From assembly GCA_964512925.1 (NCBI GenBank), contig CAZEKH010000003.1, forward strand, positions 16,772 through 80,771: a DNA stretch of 64,000 nucleotides. Direction: 5' to 3'. This stretch comes from an uncultured Candidatus Saccharibacteria bacterium. GTDB taxonomy: Bacteria; Patescibacteriota; Doudnabacteria; UBA920. How positions within the stretch are numbered: the stretch's first letter is position 1; each line of letters begins with the position of its first letter. Below the pieces are notes generated by a model. It was not told where the DNA came from, ran no database searches, and worked only from the letters and a program-made list of their open reading frames with translations. This document shows positions 16,524 through 26,646 of the stretch, one piece after another. A program made the translations under genes and the position numbers.

Positions 16524-17252
16524 TTATATATTGTAAGAACTTTTGAAATGTTTGTCAAGCAAATTTTTGTCAACCAAAATATTTTTTAACAATAATTTAT
16601 TTTTTTTTGATTTTAGTTTTTCAATTTCCTCTGCTATTTTATTTTTACTAATATATTTTTGTAACAAATCAAAACTATTTTTTATTTGTAAAAATGCCGT
16701 AGGATCTAAATTTAAACCCAGTTCCAAACTCAACCTTAGAGCCCTAAGCATCCGTAAAGGGTCTTGCAATATCCTATTTTTTGGATTTCCTACAAACTTA
16801 ATTGTTTTATTTTTTATATCTTTAACCCCGCCGTAAAAGTCCAGAATTTTTTGGTTTTTTGGGCTGAAATATAAGGAATTTATAGTAAAATCCCGCCGGC
16901 TTGAATCTGTTTTTGCGGATGTAACGAATTTTATTTGAGGAAACCTACTGCCTGTATAGGTTTCCGATCTAAATGTGGCAATTGCGGCTGTAAGTTTTTC
17001 AGATAGAGCCACTATTACCCCGAAATTTTTATAACCTGAATTAAAATTAATAAAATATTTTTTCAAAATAAAAGCAACCTCTTCCGGGGTTGCGGATGTA
17101 GCTATATCAATGTCCTTTGCGGTTTTTAAAAGAAGAAAATCCCTGGTTGTGCCACCGACAAAGTAGGTCTCAGGAAAGTTTTCCACAAGCGCCGAATAAA
17201 TATTGAAGCCGAATTTTTCCAGTTTTGTTTTTGGTTTGAAAGAAAATTTCAT
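16524..17252 (-). CDS. Minimal tRNA nucleotidyltransferase (CCA-adding enzyme family, head/neck domains only)
   Basis: 242 aa; Pol-beta NTase motifs GGTTRDFLL..DIDIAT, RRDFTINSLY, DPLRMLRALRL. Much shorter than the ~400-aa bacterial CCA enzymes. Confidence 0.78.
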   Translation of the reverse strand: MKFSFKPKTKLEKFGFNIYSALVENFPETYFVGGTTRDFLLLKTAKDIDIATSATPEEVAFILKKYFINFNSGYKNFGVIVALSEKLTAAIATFRSETYTGSRFPQIKFVTSAKTDSSRRDFTINSLYFSPKNQKILDFYGGVKDIKNKTIKFVGNPKNRILQDPLRMLRALRLSLELGLNLDPTAFLQIKNSFDLLQKYISKNKIAEEIEKLKSKKNKLLLKNILVDKNLLDKHFKSSYNI

Positions 17253-17332
17253 ATATCAAATATACGGATGAAGAGAAATATATGAATAATATTTATTACA
17301 ATCCGAAATTTGTTTAATCTGTAAATTTGATA

Positions 17333-17785
17333 TTATTGTTTAAATACGCCTTCCCCTGTCAGAGGATTTTTTCGGTGGCTGTGTTTTTTTGCAAAATTCA
17401 ATCTGGAAAGCGATTTTTCTAAAGCAGCTGCTACTTTAGCGTACTCAGCATCATTGGTTTTTACTTCGGAAATGGCCTTCTGAGCTCTTTGTTTGGCATT
17501 TTCAGCTCTTTGCGCGTCCAGTTCATAAAAATGTTCAGCCGCATCGGCCAGAACTATAACCTCAGAGTTAGTTTTGACTTGGACAAACCCGCCTGACACG
17601 TGGATAAAAAAGTCATCAGCGCCGGTTTTAGCGTGAAGTTCGCCTGGAACTAAATTGGCAACCAAAGGTTCGTGGTTTGGCAGAATGGTTATTTGTCCCA
17701 AGCTTGTCGGACAGCTTAAAGAAGCCAGTTCTTGGGAAAGCACGGTGCGTTCGGGGGTAACTAGTTTGAAAGTTATAAAGTTCAT
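17333..17785 (-). CDS. atpC: F1 ATP synthase epsilon subunit
   Basis: 150 aa; N-terminal beta-sandwich (FKLVTPERTVLSQELASLSCPTSLGQITILPNHEPLVANL) and C-terminal helices; last gene of the atp operon. Confidence 0.88.
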   Translation of the reverse strand: MNFITFKLVTPERTVLSQELASLSCPTSLGQITILPNHEPLVANLVPGELHAKTGADDFFIHVSGGFVQVKTNSEVIVLADAAEHFYELDAQRAENAKQRAQKAISEVKTNDAEYAKVAAALEKSLSRLNFAKKHSHRKNPLTGEGVFKQ

Positions 17786-17830
17786 AAAGTCTATTGCTCT
17801 ACTAAATACTAAATTAACTAAAGTACTAAA

Positions 17831-18220
17831 CTACAAATTTACAAGCCTTTTAAATTTAACACCTGAATTTGTAAAATTTGCTAAAATACCAAGCTTGATT
17901 TTAGAAGCTTTTAAATAATCGTTAACTTGTTTGATATTTTTTAAACCAAAATTTTCGTTCTTTTTTATCTCAAGTATTATTTGAGCTCCAGCAATTTGTA
18001 TCAGGAAATCTAAATAGTATATACCAATGTATTTTTCTTCATAGTATATTTTTATTGGAACTTGTTCTTTGAACTCAACACCTGCATTTTTCAAACCGAC
18101 TGCAACAGCTTTTTGGTAATGCTTTTCAAGCAAATTTCCTCCAAGTTCCTTATAGACATTATACAAAATGCCAACTATTCTGTAACATTCATCTTTATAA
18201 ACTAAATCCACTTTATTCAT
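17831..18220 (-). CDS. GxxExxY family protein inserted between atpD and atpC
   Basis: 129 aa; YRIVGILYNVYKELGGNLLEKHYQKAVAVGLKNAGVEF matches the invariant GxxExxY motif and the length (~125 aa) of that family. Confidence 0.7.
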   Translation of the reverse strand: MNKVDLVYKDECYRIVGILYNVYKELGGNLLEKHYQKAVAVGLKNAGVEFKEQVPIKIYYEEKYIGIYYLDFLIQIAGAQIILEIKKNENFGLKNIKQVNDYLKASKIKLGILANFTNSGVKFKRLVNL

Positions 18221-18256
18221 TTTAGTATTTTAGCGGTTTTAGTATTTAGTAGAAGG

Positions 18257-19696
<1,440 letters not shown>

Positions 19697-19757
19697 TTAA
19701 TAAAATTATTTAAAATTATAAATTTACTAAAAATTGAAAATTTAAAATTATAAAATT

Positions 19758-20708
19758 TTATTCGAGCGCTATTCTGCCTGCTGTAATTTCAGCGAGTTCA
19801 GTAGTGATTTTGCCTTGCCTCAACTGGTTGAAGGTTAATGTTAAGTCGGATATTAGGTCGCCGGCGGCTTCGGTTGCGTTCTTCATCATCACCATTCTAG
19901 CGGAGTGTTCTGAAGCGTCTGACTCCAGTATGGCTTCGTAAACTTGGCTTTCTAGTATTCTGGGAAGCAAGTGTTCTAAAACTTGTTCGGGCGTTGGTTC
20001 AAAAGCATATTCCAGATAGCCTCCCTCCCCAATGCTTGGTGAGGGCTGGGGAGAGGTTTGATGATTTAAAAATGGAAGTAGTTGCTTTATCATTGGCTTT
20101 TGAGCCAGGGTTGAAACAAAATGGTTATAGACTAAATAAATGCTTTTATATTGACCGGTTAAGTAAACTTGAGTTATGTTTTGAACTAAAGGATAAACTT
20201 CTTCAGCTGAAATTGTTCTTTCCGGTTTGGGAAAGTCAGCAATCATATTTTTTCCCATCCGAGCCATAGCTTGCGATGCTTTTTTTCCGAATGTGATAAT
20301 TTCAAAACTCATTGTTTTAGTTTTGAAATTATCATCCTGAGCGGATGCGCTGGCAAGCGGAGAAGCCGAAGGATCCCTTTGCTCTAACTCTTTTAGCTTG
20401 TTCACCAAATTTGTATTTAAACTCCCTACCAGACCTTTATTAGAGCTTATAACAACAACGCCGATTTTATTTTGACTGCCTTTTGTTTCCATTTTCTGCT
20501 CAGAGTTTAAAAGTGGATGGCTCATAGATTCAATCCCCCCCAAATCCTCTATAAGTTCCCAAGCTAAAGAAGCGTATGTTCTACTGTTTAAAGCCGCTTG
20601 CTGGCTCTTGCGCATTTTCGCGGCCGAAACCATCTGCATAGCTTTGGTTATCTTCCGCGTGCTGGAAACGCTTTTTATTCGGTTTTTCAGTTCCTTGATT
20701 CCGGGCAT
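19758..20708 (-). CDS. atpG: F1 ATP synthase gamma subunit
   Basis: 316 aa; N-terminal IKELKNRIKSVSSTRKITKAMQMVSAAKMRKSQ and C-terminal helix ..ITTELAEITAG. Confidence 0.93.
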   Translation of the reverse strand: MPGIKELKNRIKSVSSTRKITKAMQMVSAAKMRKSQQAALNSRTYASLAWELIEDLGGIESMSHPLLNSEQKMETKGSQNKIGVVVISSNKGLVGSLNTNLVNKLKELEQRDPSASPLASASAQDDNFKTKTMSFEIITFGKKASQAMARMGKNMIADFPKPERTISAEEVYPLVQNITQVYLTGQYKSIYLVYNHFVSTLAQKPMIKQLLPFLNHQTSPQPSPSIGEGGYLEYAFEPTPEQVLEHLLPRILESQVYEAILESDASEHSARMVMMKNATEAAGDLISDLTLTFNQLRQGKITTELAEITAGRIALE

Positions 20709-20759
20709 GTGTTTGTATCTTGTATTATGTATTTAGCTTAATACTAAATACATAATACT

Positions 20760-22262
20760 TTATACTATCTGATTGCTTTCTAAGAAATTCTTAATCGCTT
20801 CTTTAAGCTTGTTTTCTGTGTCTTCTTTCAGTTCTTTCTGTTCACGGATTGCGTCCAGCACTTCTTTACCTTGAACCTTCATATACTGGTGGAACTGTTT
20901 TTCTATAATTTGCATTTTTTCCGCGGGCAACTGGTTAAAGTAACCGTTGTTTACGGCATATAAAATAGTTACCTGTTCTTCCAAGGAGAGCGGGCTGTAT
21001 TGGGGCTGTTTTAGAATTTCATTCATTCGTCTGCCTAGTTCCAGGGTTTGTTTGGTTGTTTCGTCCAAATCCGAACCGAACTGGGCAAAGGCTTCTAGCT
21101 CTCGGAATTGAGCAAGCTGAAGTTTGAGCTTGCCAGCGACTTTTTTCATAGCTTTGGTTTGAGCCGAGGAGCCTACGCGCGAAACTGAAATACCGACGTT
21201 TAAAGCCGGCCTTACGCCTTTGTAAAAAAGATCAGATTCCAGGAAGATTTGACCGTCTGTGATGGAGATAACATTGGTGGGAATGTATGCCGAAACATCG
21301 CCTGCTTGCGTTTCTATGATTGGTAATGCTGTAAGTGACCCGCCACCATAGTCTTCGTTAAGTTTGGCGGCTCGCTCTAAAAGGCGGGAATGTAAATAAA
21401 ATACATCACCTGGGTATGCTTCCCTGCCGGGCGGCCTTCTAAGAAGTAAAGAAATTTCACGGTATGCCACGGCTTGTTTGGACAGGTCGTCGTACACAAC
21501 AAGCACATCTTTACCCTGGTCCATAAAATATTCACCCATAGCGCAGCCAGCGTATGGAGCTATATAAGAAAGAGCGGCTGGTTCTGAAGCTGAAGCTGAA
21601 ACCACTATTGTGTAGTCCATTGCGCCATTTTTTTCAAGTTCAGCGACAATTTTTGCAATCTTTGATTCTTTTTGACCAATGGCAACATAAATACAAATCA
21701 TATTTTGCCCCTTTTGGTTTATGATTGTATCAACTGCTACTGCGGTTTTTCCAGTTTGACGGTCGCCGATTATAAGTTCCCTTTGGCCTCTTCCGATAGG
21801 TATGAGGGCATCAATTGCTTTAATGCCCGTTTGTACGGGTTCTTTTACCGATTTGCGGGTAATGACGCCAGGCGCAATTTTTTCTACCGGGTAGTATTTT
21901 GAAGATTTAATGTCGCCTTTGCCATCTTTTGGTTGTCCCAAGGCTGAAACAGTCCTGCCTATCAGTCCTTCACCTACCGGTACTGATAAAATTTTTCCAG
22001 TTGCCCGGACAGTATCGCCAACTTTTATTTTTGAATAATCCCCAAGAACAATACTCCCAATCAAATTTTCTTCCAAGTTTAGGGCTACGCCTGAGATCCC
22101 GTTAAAATCCAGCATCTCCATACTGGAAACCTGGGTTAGTCCGGATACGCGCGCAACGCCGTCAGCTACTTCCAAAACCGTTCCGACTTTTTCAACTTCA
22201 GCTTTGGGTTGGAATTCTAAAATTTTGTTTTTTAACTGCGTAACCAGATTTGTATTGGGCAT
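20760..22262 (-). CDS. atpA: F1 ATP synthase alpha subunit
   Basis: 500 aa; Walker [10 protein letters not shown], conserved alpha core. Confidence 0.97.
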   Translation of the reverse strand: MPNTNLVTQLKNKILEFQPKAEVEKVGTVLEVADGVARVSGLTQVSSMEMLDFNGISGVALNLEENLIGSIVLGDYSKIKVGDTVRATGKILSVPVGEGLIGRTVSALGQPKDGKGDIKSSKYYPVEKIAPGVITRKSVKEPVQTGIKAIDALIPIGRGQRELIIGDRQTGKTAVAVDTIINQKGQNMICIYVAIGQKESKIAKIVAELEKNGAMDYTIVVSASASEPAALSYIAPYAGCAMGEYFMDQGKDVLVVYDDLSKQAVAYREISLLLRRPPGREAYPGDVFYLHSRLLERAAKLNEDYGGGSLTALPIIETQAGDVSAYIPTNVISITDGQIFLESDLFYKGVRPALNVGISVSRVGSSAQTKAMKKVAGKLKLQLAQFRELEAFAQFGSDLDETTKQTLELGRRMNEILKQPQYSPLSLEEQVTILYAVNNGYFNQLPAEKMQIIEKQFHQYMKVQGKEVLDAIREQKELKEDTENKLKEAIKNFLESNQIV

Positions 22263-22365
22263 ATGTCAGTTTTTTAAACCCCCACCCCTTTATAAGCGGA
22301 GTAGAATGTCAAAAGTTAATAAAATATTATTTTTTTCTATTTAATATAACGCTATCCAAACTAAA

Positions 22366-22854
22366 CTAATTTTCTAAAATTTTGAAATAATAACTAGTGT
22401 CGCCGTATATTGTATAAGATGTTTTGTCAAAATCATTTTTTTCACCATAAAATTCTGCATTTTTTCCTACATAGATTGACAAATTTGGCTCATTTTCGTC
22501 AAGACCAATAATACTACCTCTGGGCGCGTCCAACCGATTTGGGGGTAAGCCGCCTATTGTTAAAATAATTTGTTTTCCTGAAAGTTCAACAATAAAATTT
22601 CCGTCATAAGGCAATTCGTTTTTTATATTGGTAATTTTTCCTGAAAATTTGATTTTACTAGTCTGCGCGAAATCAGAATTTACTGAAGTTGGAGTAATGG
22701 TGATGGAAGGTGCTGGGTTCGGCTGAACAATATCTTTTTTAATAGCATTTAAATTTTGAGGGTCGCAAGCAGCTGCAATAAGGACAATGCTGCATATAAC
22801 CAAAAAAAATTTGCTTGCGTATTTTGTTATTTTTTGTGATGGATTTTGTCGCAT
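22366..22854 (-). CDS. Small secreted/lipoprotein-like protein inserted between atpA and atpH
   Basis: 162 aa; signal-like FFLVICSIVLIAAAC then a hydrophilic domain; no family recognised. Confidence 0.45.
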   Translation of the reverse strand: MRQNPSQKITKYASKFFLVICSIVLIAAACDPQNLNAIKKDIVQPNPAPSITITPTSVNSDFAQTSKIKFSGKITNIKNELPYDGNFIVELSGKQIILTIGGLPPNRLDAPRGSIIGLDENEPNLSIYVGKNAEFYGEKNDFDKTSYTIYGDTSYYFKILEN

Positions 22855-22856
22855 AT

Positions 22857-23243
22857 TTATTGTTTTAATTCCTGGTTCAAATTATCAAGCTGGGTTTTTA
22901 TACTTCCGTCTATCAAGGTGTCGTCTACCCGTACTACAACTCCGCCGATTATATCTTCTTTGATCTTAGAGCTGTACTGGGGTTTGCCTTGGATGACGGA
23001 ATTTAAACCCTCAAGTATTTTTGTGTTGCGCTCTGCGGCAAAAGTTGCTTTTACATCTTTTACCCCTTTTTCCAAATTTTGAAGCGCCAAATACTCAGCT
23101 TCAATTTGTTCAACCTTGTTTAAATCCCCATTCTGCGAAAGAATTGTTACCAGGTTATCTAAAACCTTGTCCTGGTCCTTTGGGTTTGTTTCTTGAATGC
23201 TCTCGTAGAGAGCTTGCGCGTATTGTTTTGCAGATGTCTTCAT
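22857..23243 (-). CDS. atpH: F1 ATP synthase delta (OSCP) subunit, short form
   Basis: 128 aa; YAQALYES N-terminus and C-terminal IGGVVVRVDDTLIDGSIKTQLDNL typical of delta; 4-nt overlap with atpF. Confidence 0.78.
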   Translation of the reverse strand: MKTSAKQYAQALYESIQETNPKDQDKVLDNLVTILSQNGDLNKVEQIEAEYLALQNLEKGVKDVKATFAAERNTKILEGLNSVIQGKPQYSSKIKEDIIGGVVVRVDDTLIDGSIKTQLDNLNQELKQ

Positions 23244-23806
23244 TGTTTGTTGTGGCTAATTTCCTCAACGGTTTTTTTGATCAGTTCAATATCGTGCTTG
23301 TCGTCAAGTTTTTTCTTTAAAACTTTTTCAGTCGCCATTGTTACCATATCCGCAACTTCAGATTTTATCTCCGCCAGGGATTGTTTTTGGTCAGACTCAA
23401 TTTGAGCTCTCGCCTGACTGATATATTTATCCTGTTCTTCCTTGGTCTTTTTTAAAACCATATCTTTTGCTGTCAAAGCATCTTGCTCGGCTTTGGTTAA
23501 AATCTCTGAAGCTTTCTGTCTGGCTTGCTTTACTTCTTCGGCTTTCCAAAGTTCAAATTCAGTTTTTTGTTTTTCCACATCCTCAGCGTCTTTCAGCGCT
23601 TGTTCTATTTTTTGAGATCTTTCAGCAAGCTTTAAAGATATGGGTTTAAACACAAACCGGTTTAAAATATAAAAAATTATCCCAAAGTTAATTAACTGGG
23701 CTAAAAATAGTTTCCAGTTCAAACCTAAAGTTGAAACCAAACTTGTTTCTTGCTCAATGTTTGCCGCAGTTTCCGCAGCTTTTGCAATATGTATAAATTC
23801 AATCAT
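23240..23806 (-). CDS. atpF: Fo ATP synthase subunit b (start set to an internal Met; ORF track extends to 23926 and would overlap atpE)
   Basis: TM helix LAQLINFGIIFYILNRFVFKPI then long charged coiled coil; the extended N-terminus in the ORF track overlaps atpE, so the MIEFIH start is assumed. Confidence 0.78.
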   Translation of the reverse strand: MIEFIHIAKAAETAANIEQETSLVSTLGLNWKLFLAQLINFGIIFYILNRFVFKPISLKLAERSQKIEQALKDAEDVEKQKTEFELWKAEEVKQARQKASEILTKAEQDALTAKDMVLKKTKEEQDKYISQARAQIESDQKQSLAEIKSEVADMVTMATEKVLKKKLDDKHDIELIKKTVEEISHNKQ

Positions 23807-23876
23807 TTTTTTAAAAATTAATTTCCAGCTATCTCCACGTGCAAATAAGCATATGGAGATAAGTTGAAATTGATTC

Positions 23877-24143
<267 letters not shown>

Positions 24144-24182
24144 TTAAAGTCTGAACTAAACCTTAATTATTTATAAATAAAT

Positions 24183-25052
24183 TTAATGCGCCTCTGAACC
24201 GTGAGGTTCTAGGGTAGCCATATTCAGGTAAACTAAAGTTAACATTGAAAAAACCACAGCTTGTATAAGTCCAACAATTATTTCCAAACCCATAAACGGA
24301 AGTGGGAGAAAAAATGCGAGTAATGAAGCTAGTACAGTAAGCAGAACTTCGCCGGCAAAAATATTGCCGTAGAGCCTGAGGGACAAGGAAACCATTTTTG
24401 CTATTTCGGAAAATACCTCAATTATGCCGACAAAAAATTCTATGACTGCCACTAAAATTTTAACTGGGTTAAAAGATATTATGGCCTTAAACAAATCCTT
24501 CAGTTTGATAAATTTGTTAACATATCGGAAAAAACCTATAGCCGCAATGCCAAAAAAATGTGAACCCATTACCGCTATAACCGCCATTGACAATGTCATA
24601 TTTAAATCCGAGTTGGCAGGCCTTAAAAAAGGAAAAATATGAAAATTTTCTGAAAATCCCGAACAATATTTGTAAGCAACAAATACTTGGTTGTGATGGT
24701 CAAAACACCTGGCAATGGAGCCGGTCCCCGGCATTAAACCCATCCAGTTTGAAACAACTATAAAGAGAAAAAATGTTCCGACAATGGGCAGGAATTTATA
24801 GCTTCTTTTTCTGTCCCCTGTCACTTGATCAAAATATCCTAGCATAAATTCTAACAGTCCTTCGGCAAAATTTAGAATTCCTTTTGGTACAGAAAGACCT
24901 TGATAATATTTTTTTACACCTCTTTGAACAAAAATTGCAAAAATCAAAAAAAACACCAAGGCAATGCTTGAATTGATGTGCGAATTGGTAACTGGAAATG
25001 AGCCAATATTGAACATTGTTTCCGCGGCTAGCGGAGGCAAGGCTACGATCAT
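24183..25052 (-). CDS. atpB: Fo ATP synthase subunit a
   Basis: 289 aa polytopic; conserved LSLRLYGNIFAGEVLL (essential Arg helix). Confidence 0.9.
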   Translation of the reverse strand: MIVALPPLAAETMFNIGSFPVTNSHINSSIALVFFLIFAIFVQRGVKKYYQGLSVPKGILNFAEGLLEFMLGYFDQVTGDRKRSYKFLPIVGTFFLFIVVSNWMGLMPGTGSIARCFDHHNQVFVAYKYCSGFSENFHIFPFLRPANSDLNMTLSMAVIAVMGSHFFGIAAIGFFRYVNKFIKLKDLFKAIISFNPVKILVAVIEFFVGIIEVFSEIAKMVSLSLRLYGNIFAGEVLLTVLASLLAFFLPLPFMGLEIIVGLIQAVVFSMLTLVYLNMATLEPHGSEAH

Positions 25053-25390
25053 TTTTTTATGAGTTCTTTAAGTTTTTTAATCTGCTTATAAATCCCCATA
25101 CTGCTGATGGTTATTGCAAGAACTAAACCCAAAACAACAAAATACTTGGTTTGATATCTGTTGTCCAACCATTTGCCGATATAAACCAAAACTATCAAAG
25201 GAAGCGCGATAATAAGGCCAAAATCAGTGGCAGCGCTGAACATTGACATCGCATTTATGATTTTTTTGCTTTTCGGCACCAGCTTGCTGGCATCTTTAGC
25301 TTCCCGAAGCTCTTTTTGCTCTTTATGCAGTTGATCTAAAGAGACTCTGCCCGGCACTAAATATTCATCATTTGGTTCTTTATCAGACAT
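25049..25390 (-). CDS. AtpZ/AtpI-like small membrane protein at the head of the atp operon
   Basis: 113 aa, two TM helices (GLIIALPLIVLVYIG.., VVLGLVLAITISSMGIY); position and topology typical of ATPase_gene1 proteins; 4-nt overlap with atpB. Confidence 0.55.
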   Translation of the reverse strand: MSDKEPNDEYLVPGRVSLDQLHKEQKELREAKDASKLVPKSKKIINAMSMFSAATDFGLIIALPLIVLVYIGKWLDNRYQTKYFVVLGLVLAITISSMGIYKQIKKLKELIKK

Positions 25391-25434
25391 AAAATTTTAT
25401 TTTTGACATTAAAATGTCCCAAAAAACATCTTAA

Positions 25435-25463
25435 ATATAACAATTTCTGCTTATTTGTGTCAA
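25435..25463 (-). promoter_or_regulatory. Candidate sigma70-type promoter for the atp operon (-35 TTGACA, 17-bp spacer, -10 TTATAT)
   Basis: Minus strand cTTGACAcaaataagcagaaattgTTATATttaag about 40 nt upstream of the atpZ start. Confidence 0.4.
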
Positions 25464-25506
25464 GACTCTAAGACATTGACTGAAATAATAAATTATGTTA
25501 TTGGCG

Positions 25507-25538
25507 CCATTGCTCCCCGCCTGCCTACCGCCTGGAGC
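25507..25538. repeat. 32-bp direct repeat A (copy 1) ending in a tRNA-Thr 3'-end-like tggagc
   Basis: ccattgctccccgcctgcctaccgcctggagc; 31/32 match to 25641-25672, which overlaps the true tRNA-Thr 3' end. Confidence 0.7.
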
Positions 25539-25593
25539 TCCGACGTAAAGTCGGAGTAAACCGGCGATCGGAAACGGGTTTATTCAGCACCTT

Positions 25594-25642
25594 TGGAGCC
25601 GACGATCGGAGTTGAACCGATAACCTATGGTTTACGATACCA
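25594..25642 (-). pseudogene. Diverged partial copy of the tRNA-Thr 3' half (CCA, acceptor, T-arm, anticodon stem-loop)
   Basis: tggagccgacgatcggagttgaaccgataacctatggtttacgatacc parallels the genuine 3' half tggagccgaaagtgggacttgaacccacaacctgcggtttacgatacc. Confidence 0.55.
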
Positions 25643-25672
25643 TTGCTCCCCGCCTGCCTATCGCCTGGAGCC
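25641..25672. repeat. 32-bp direct repeat A (copy 2), overlapping the 3' end of tRNA-Thr
   Basis: ccattgctccccgcctgcctatcgcctggagc. Confidence 0.7.
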
Positions 25673-25742
25673 GAAAGTGGGACTTGAACCCACAACCTGC
25701 GGTTTACGATACCGCTGCTCTACCAATTGAGCTATTTCGGCG
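25667..25742 (-). tRNA. tRNA-Thr (anticodon CGT), CCA encoded
   Basis: Minus strand GCCGAAATAGCTCAATTGGTAGAGCAGCGGTATCGTAAACCGCAGGTTGTGGGTTCAAGTCCCACTTTCGGCTCCA; perfect 7-bp acceptor, D-stem GCTC/GAGC, anticodon stem GCGGT/ACCGC, loop AUCGUAA, T-loop TTCAAGT. Confidence 0.9.
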
Positions 25743-25770
25743 CTAGGCGACTGGCGGGCTGGTGCCTAAT

Positions 25771-25815
25771 CCCGACGCACTTTAGGGGTCGGGACCCCGA
25801 CCTAGTGTCGGGGTT
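25771..25815. other. Two tandem GC-rich hairpins sharing a CCCGAC/GTCGGG stem core, between murI and tRNA-Thr
   Basis: tcccgacgcactttaggggtcggga and ccccgacctagtgtcgggg read directly; no U-tract. Confidence 0.4.
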
Positions 25816-25845
25816 GAGCTACGTCGGCTTATATAAGCTGAGGTA

Positions 25846-26646
25846 TCAGATTTTTATTTGTCTAAAATCAATTTTTTTGCCAAATAAAAATTTTGCTACT
25901 GCTTCAAAATTTTTACCTTTTTTTGTTACGCAGAAATCTTTGTTGCCACCCCTGCCCAATGTTTTAGAAATTTCTTTGTGCTTTTGCAGATACTGCCCAA
26001 GTTTTTTTGGAATTATTTCGTCCTGCGAAATAATTTTTACACTACTGCCTGCAAATTTGCGAGCAGATTTTTTTAACAGCGCATAATGAGTACAACCAAA
26101 AATAATCGCTTTAACTTTTTTGTTTTTTAGCGATTCTGTATAGTATTTTATAGCACTTTCAGCTTTAAGTAAAGAATTATTTTCAATCAAATCAACCAGC
26201 TCAGGAGCCGCGAGTTCATATATTTTGGGGTTTGAAGTTAGTTTTTCCAATTCTTTTTTATACTTATGAGACTGTACTGTACTTTTGGTGGCGATGACCC
26301 CAATTGAGTCTATTTTTTTGTTTTGAGCTATTTCTTCAAGAGTTGGGATAATGACCCCCAAAATTCTCCGATCCGGGTATTTATTTAATAAATAATTTTG
26401 CTGAACTTCCCTTAAGGCCCAAGCAGTGGATGTATTACAAGCGATAATGACCAATGAACAATTTTGTTTAAACAAAAAATCAACAGCTTTTCGCGTTCGG
26501 GTTTTTATTACGCCGGGAGACTTTTCCCCATAAGGCAGAAAAGCCGTGTCGCCCAGATATGCATAGTTAAACCAAGGAAATTTTTTGAAAATTGCCTTAG
26601 TGATTACAAGTCCCCCAAGCCCAGAGTCAAAAATACCAATTTTCAT
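25846..26646 (-). CDS. murI: Glutamate racemase
   Basis: 266 aa; MKIGIFDSGLGGL, VIIACNTSTA, GCTHYALL motifs of Asp/Glu racemase. Confidence 0.92.
   Translation of the reverse strand: MKIGIFDSGLGGLVITKAIFKKFPWFNYAYLGDTAFLPYGEKSPGVIKTRTRKAVDFLFKQNCSLVIIACNTSTAWALREVQQNYLLNKYPDRRILGVIIPTLEEIAQNKKIDSIGVIATKSTVQSHKYKKELEKLTSNPKIYELAAPELVDLIENNSLLKAESAIKYYTESLKNKKVKAIIFGCTHYALLKKSARKFAGSSVKIISQDEIIPKKLGQYLQKHKEISKTLGRGGNKDFCVTKKGKNFEAVAKFLFGKKIDFRQIKI

Noticed and set aside
16187-16573. 128-aa minus-strand ORF overlapping the end of the CCA-enzyme gene and the K-rich peptide region
   Set aside because: Low-complexity translation (KRRRQEKE..) in an alternative frame of an AAG/AAA-rich tract; overlaps a confident gene by 50 nt; no recognisable domain.
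25507-25742. Integrated prophage or genomic island at tRNA-Thr
   Set aside because: att-like duplicated tRNA 3' ends are present, but only ~130 bp separates them and no integrase, excisionase or cargo genes occur; reported as scars only.
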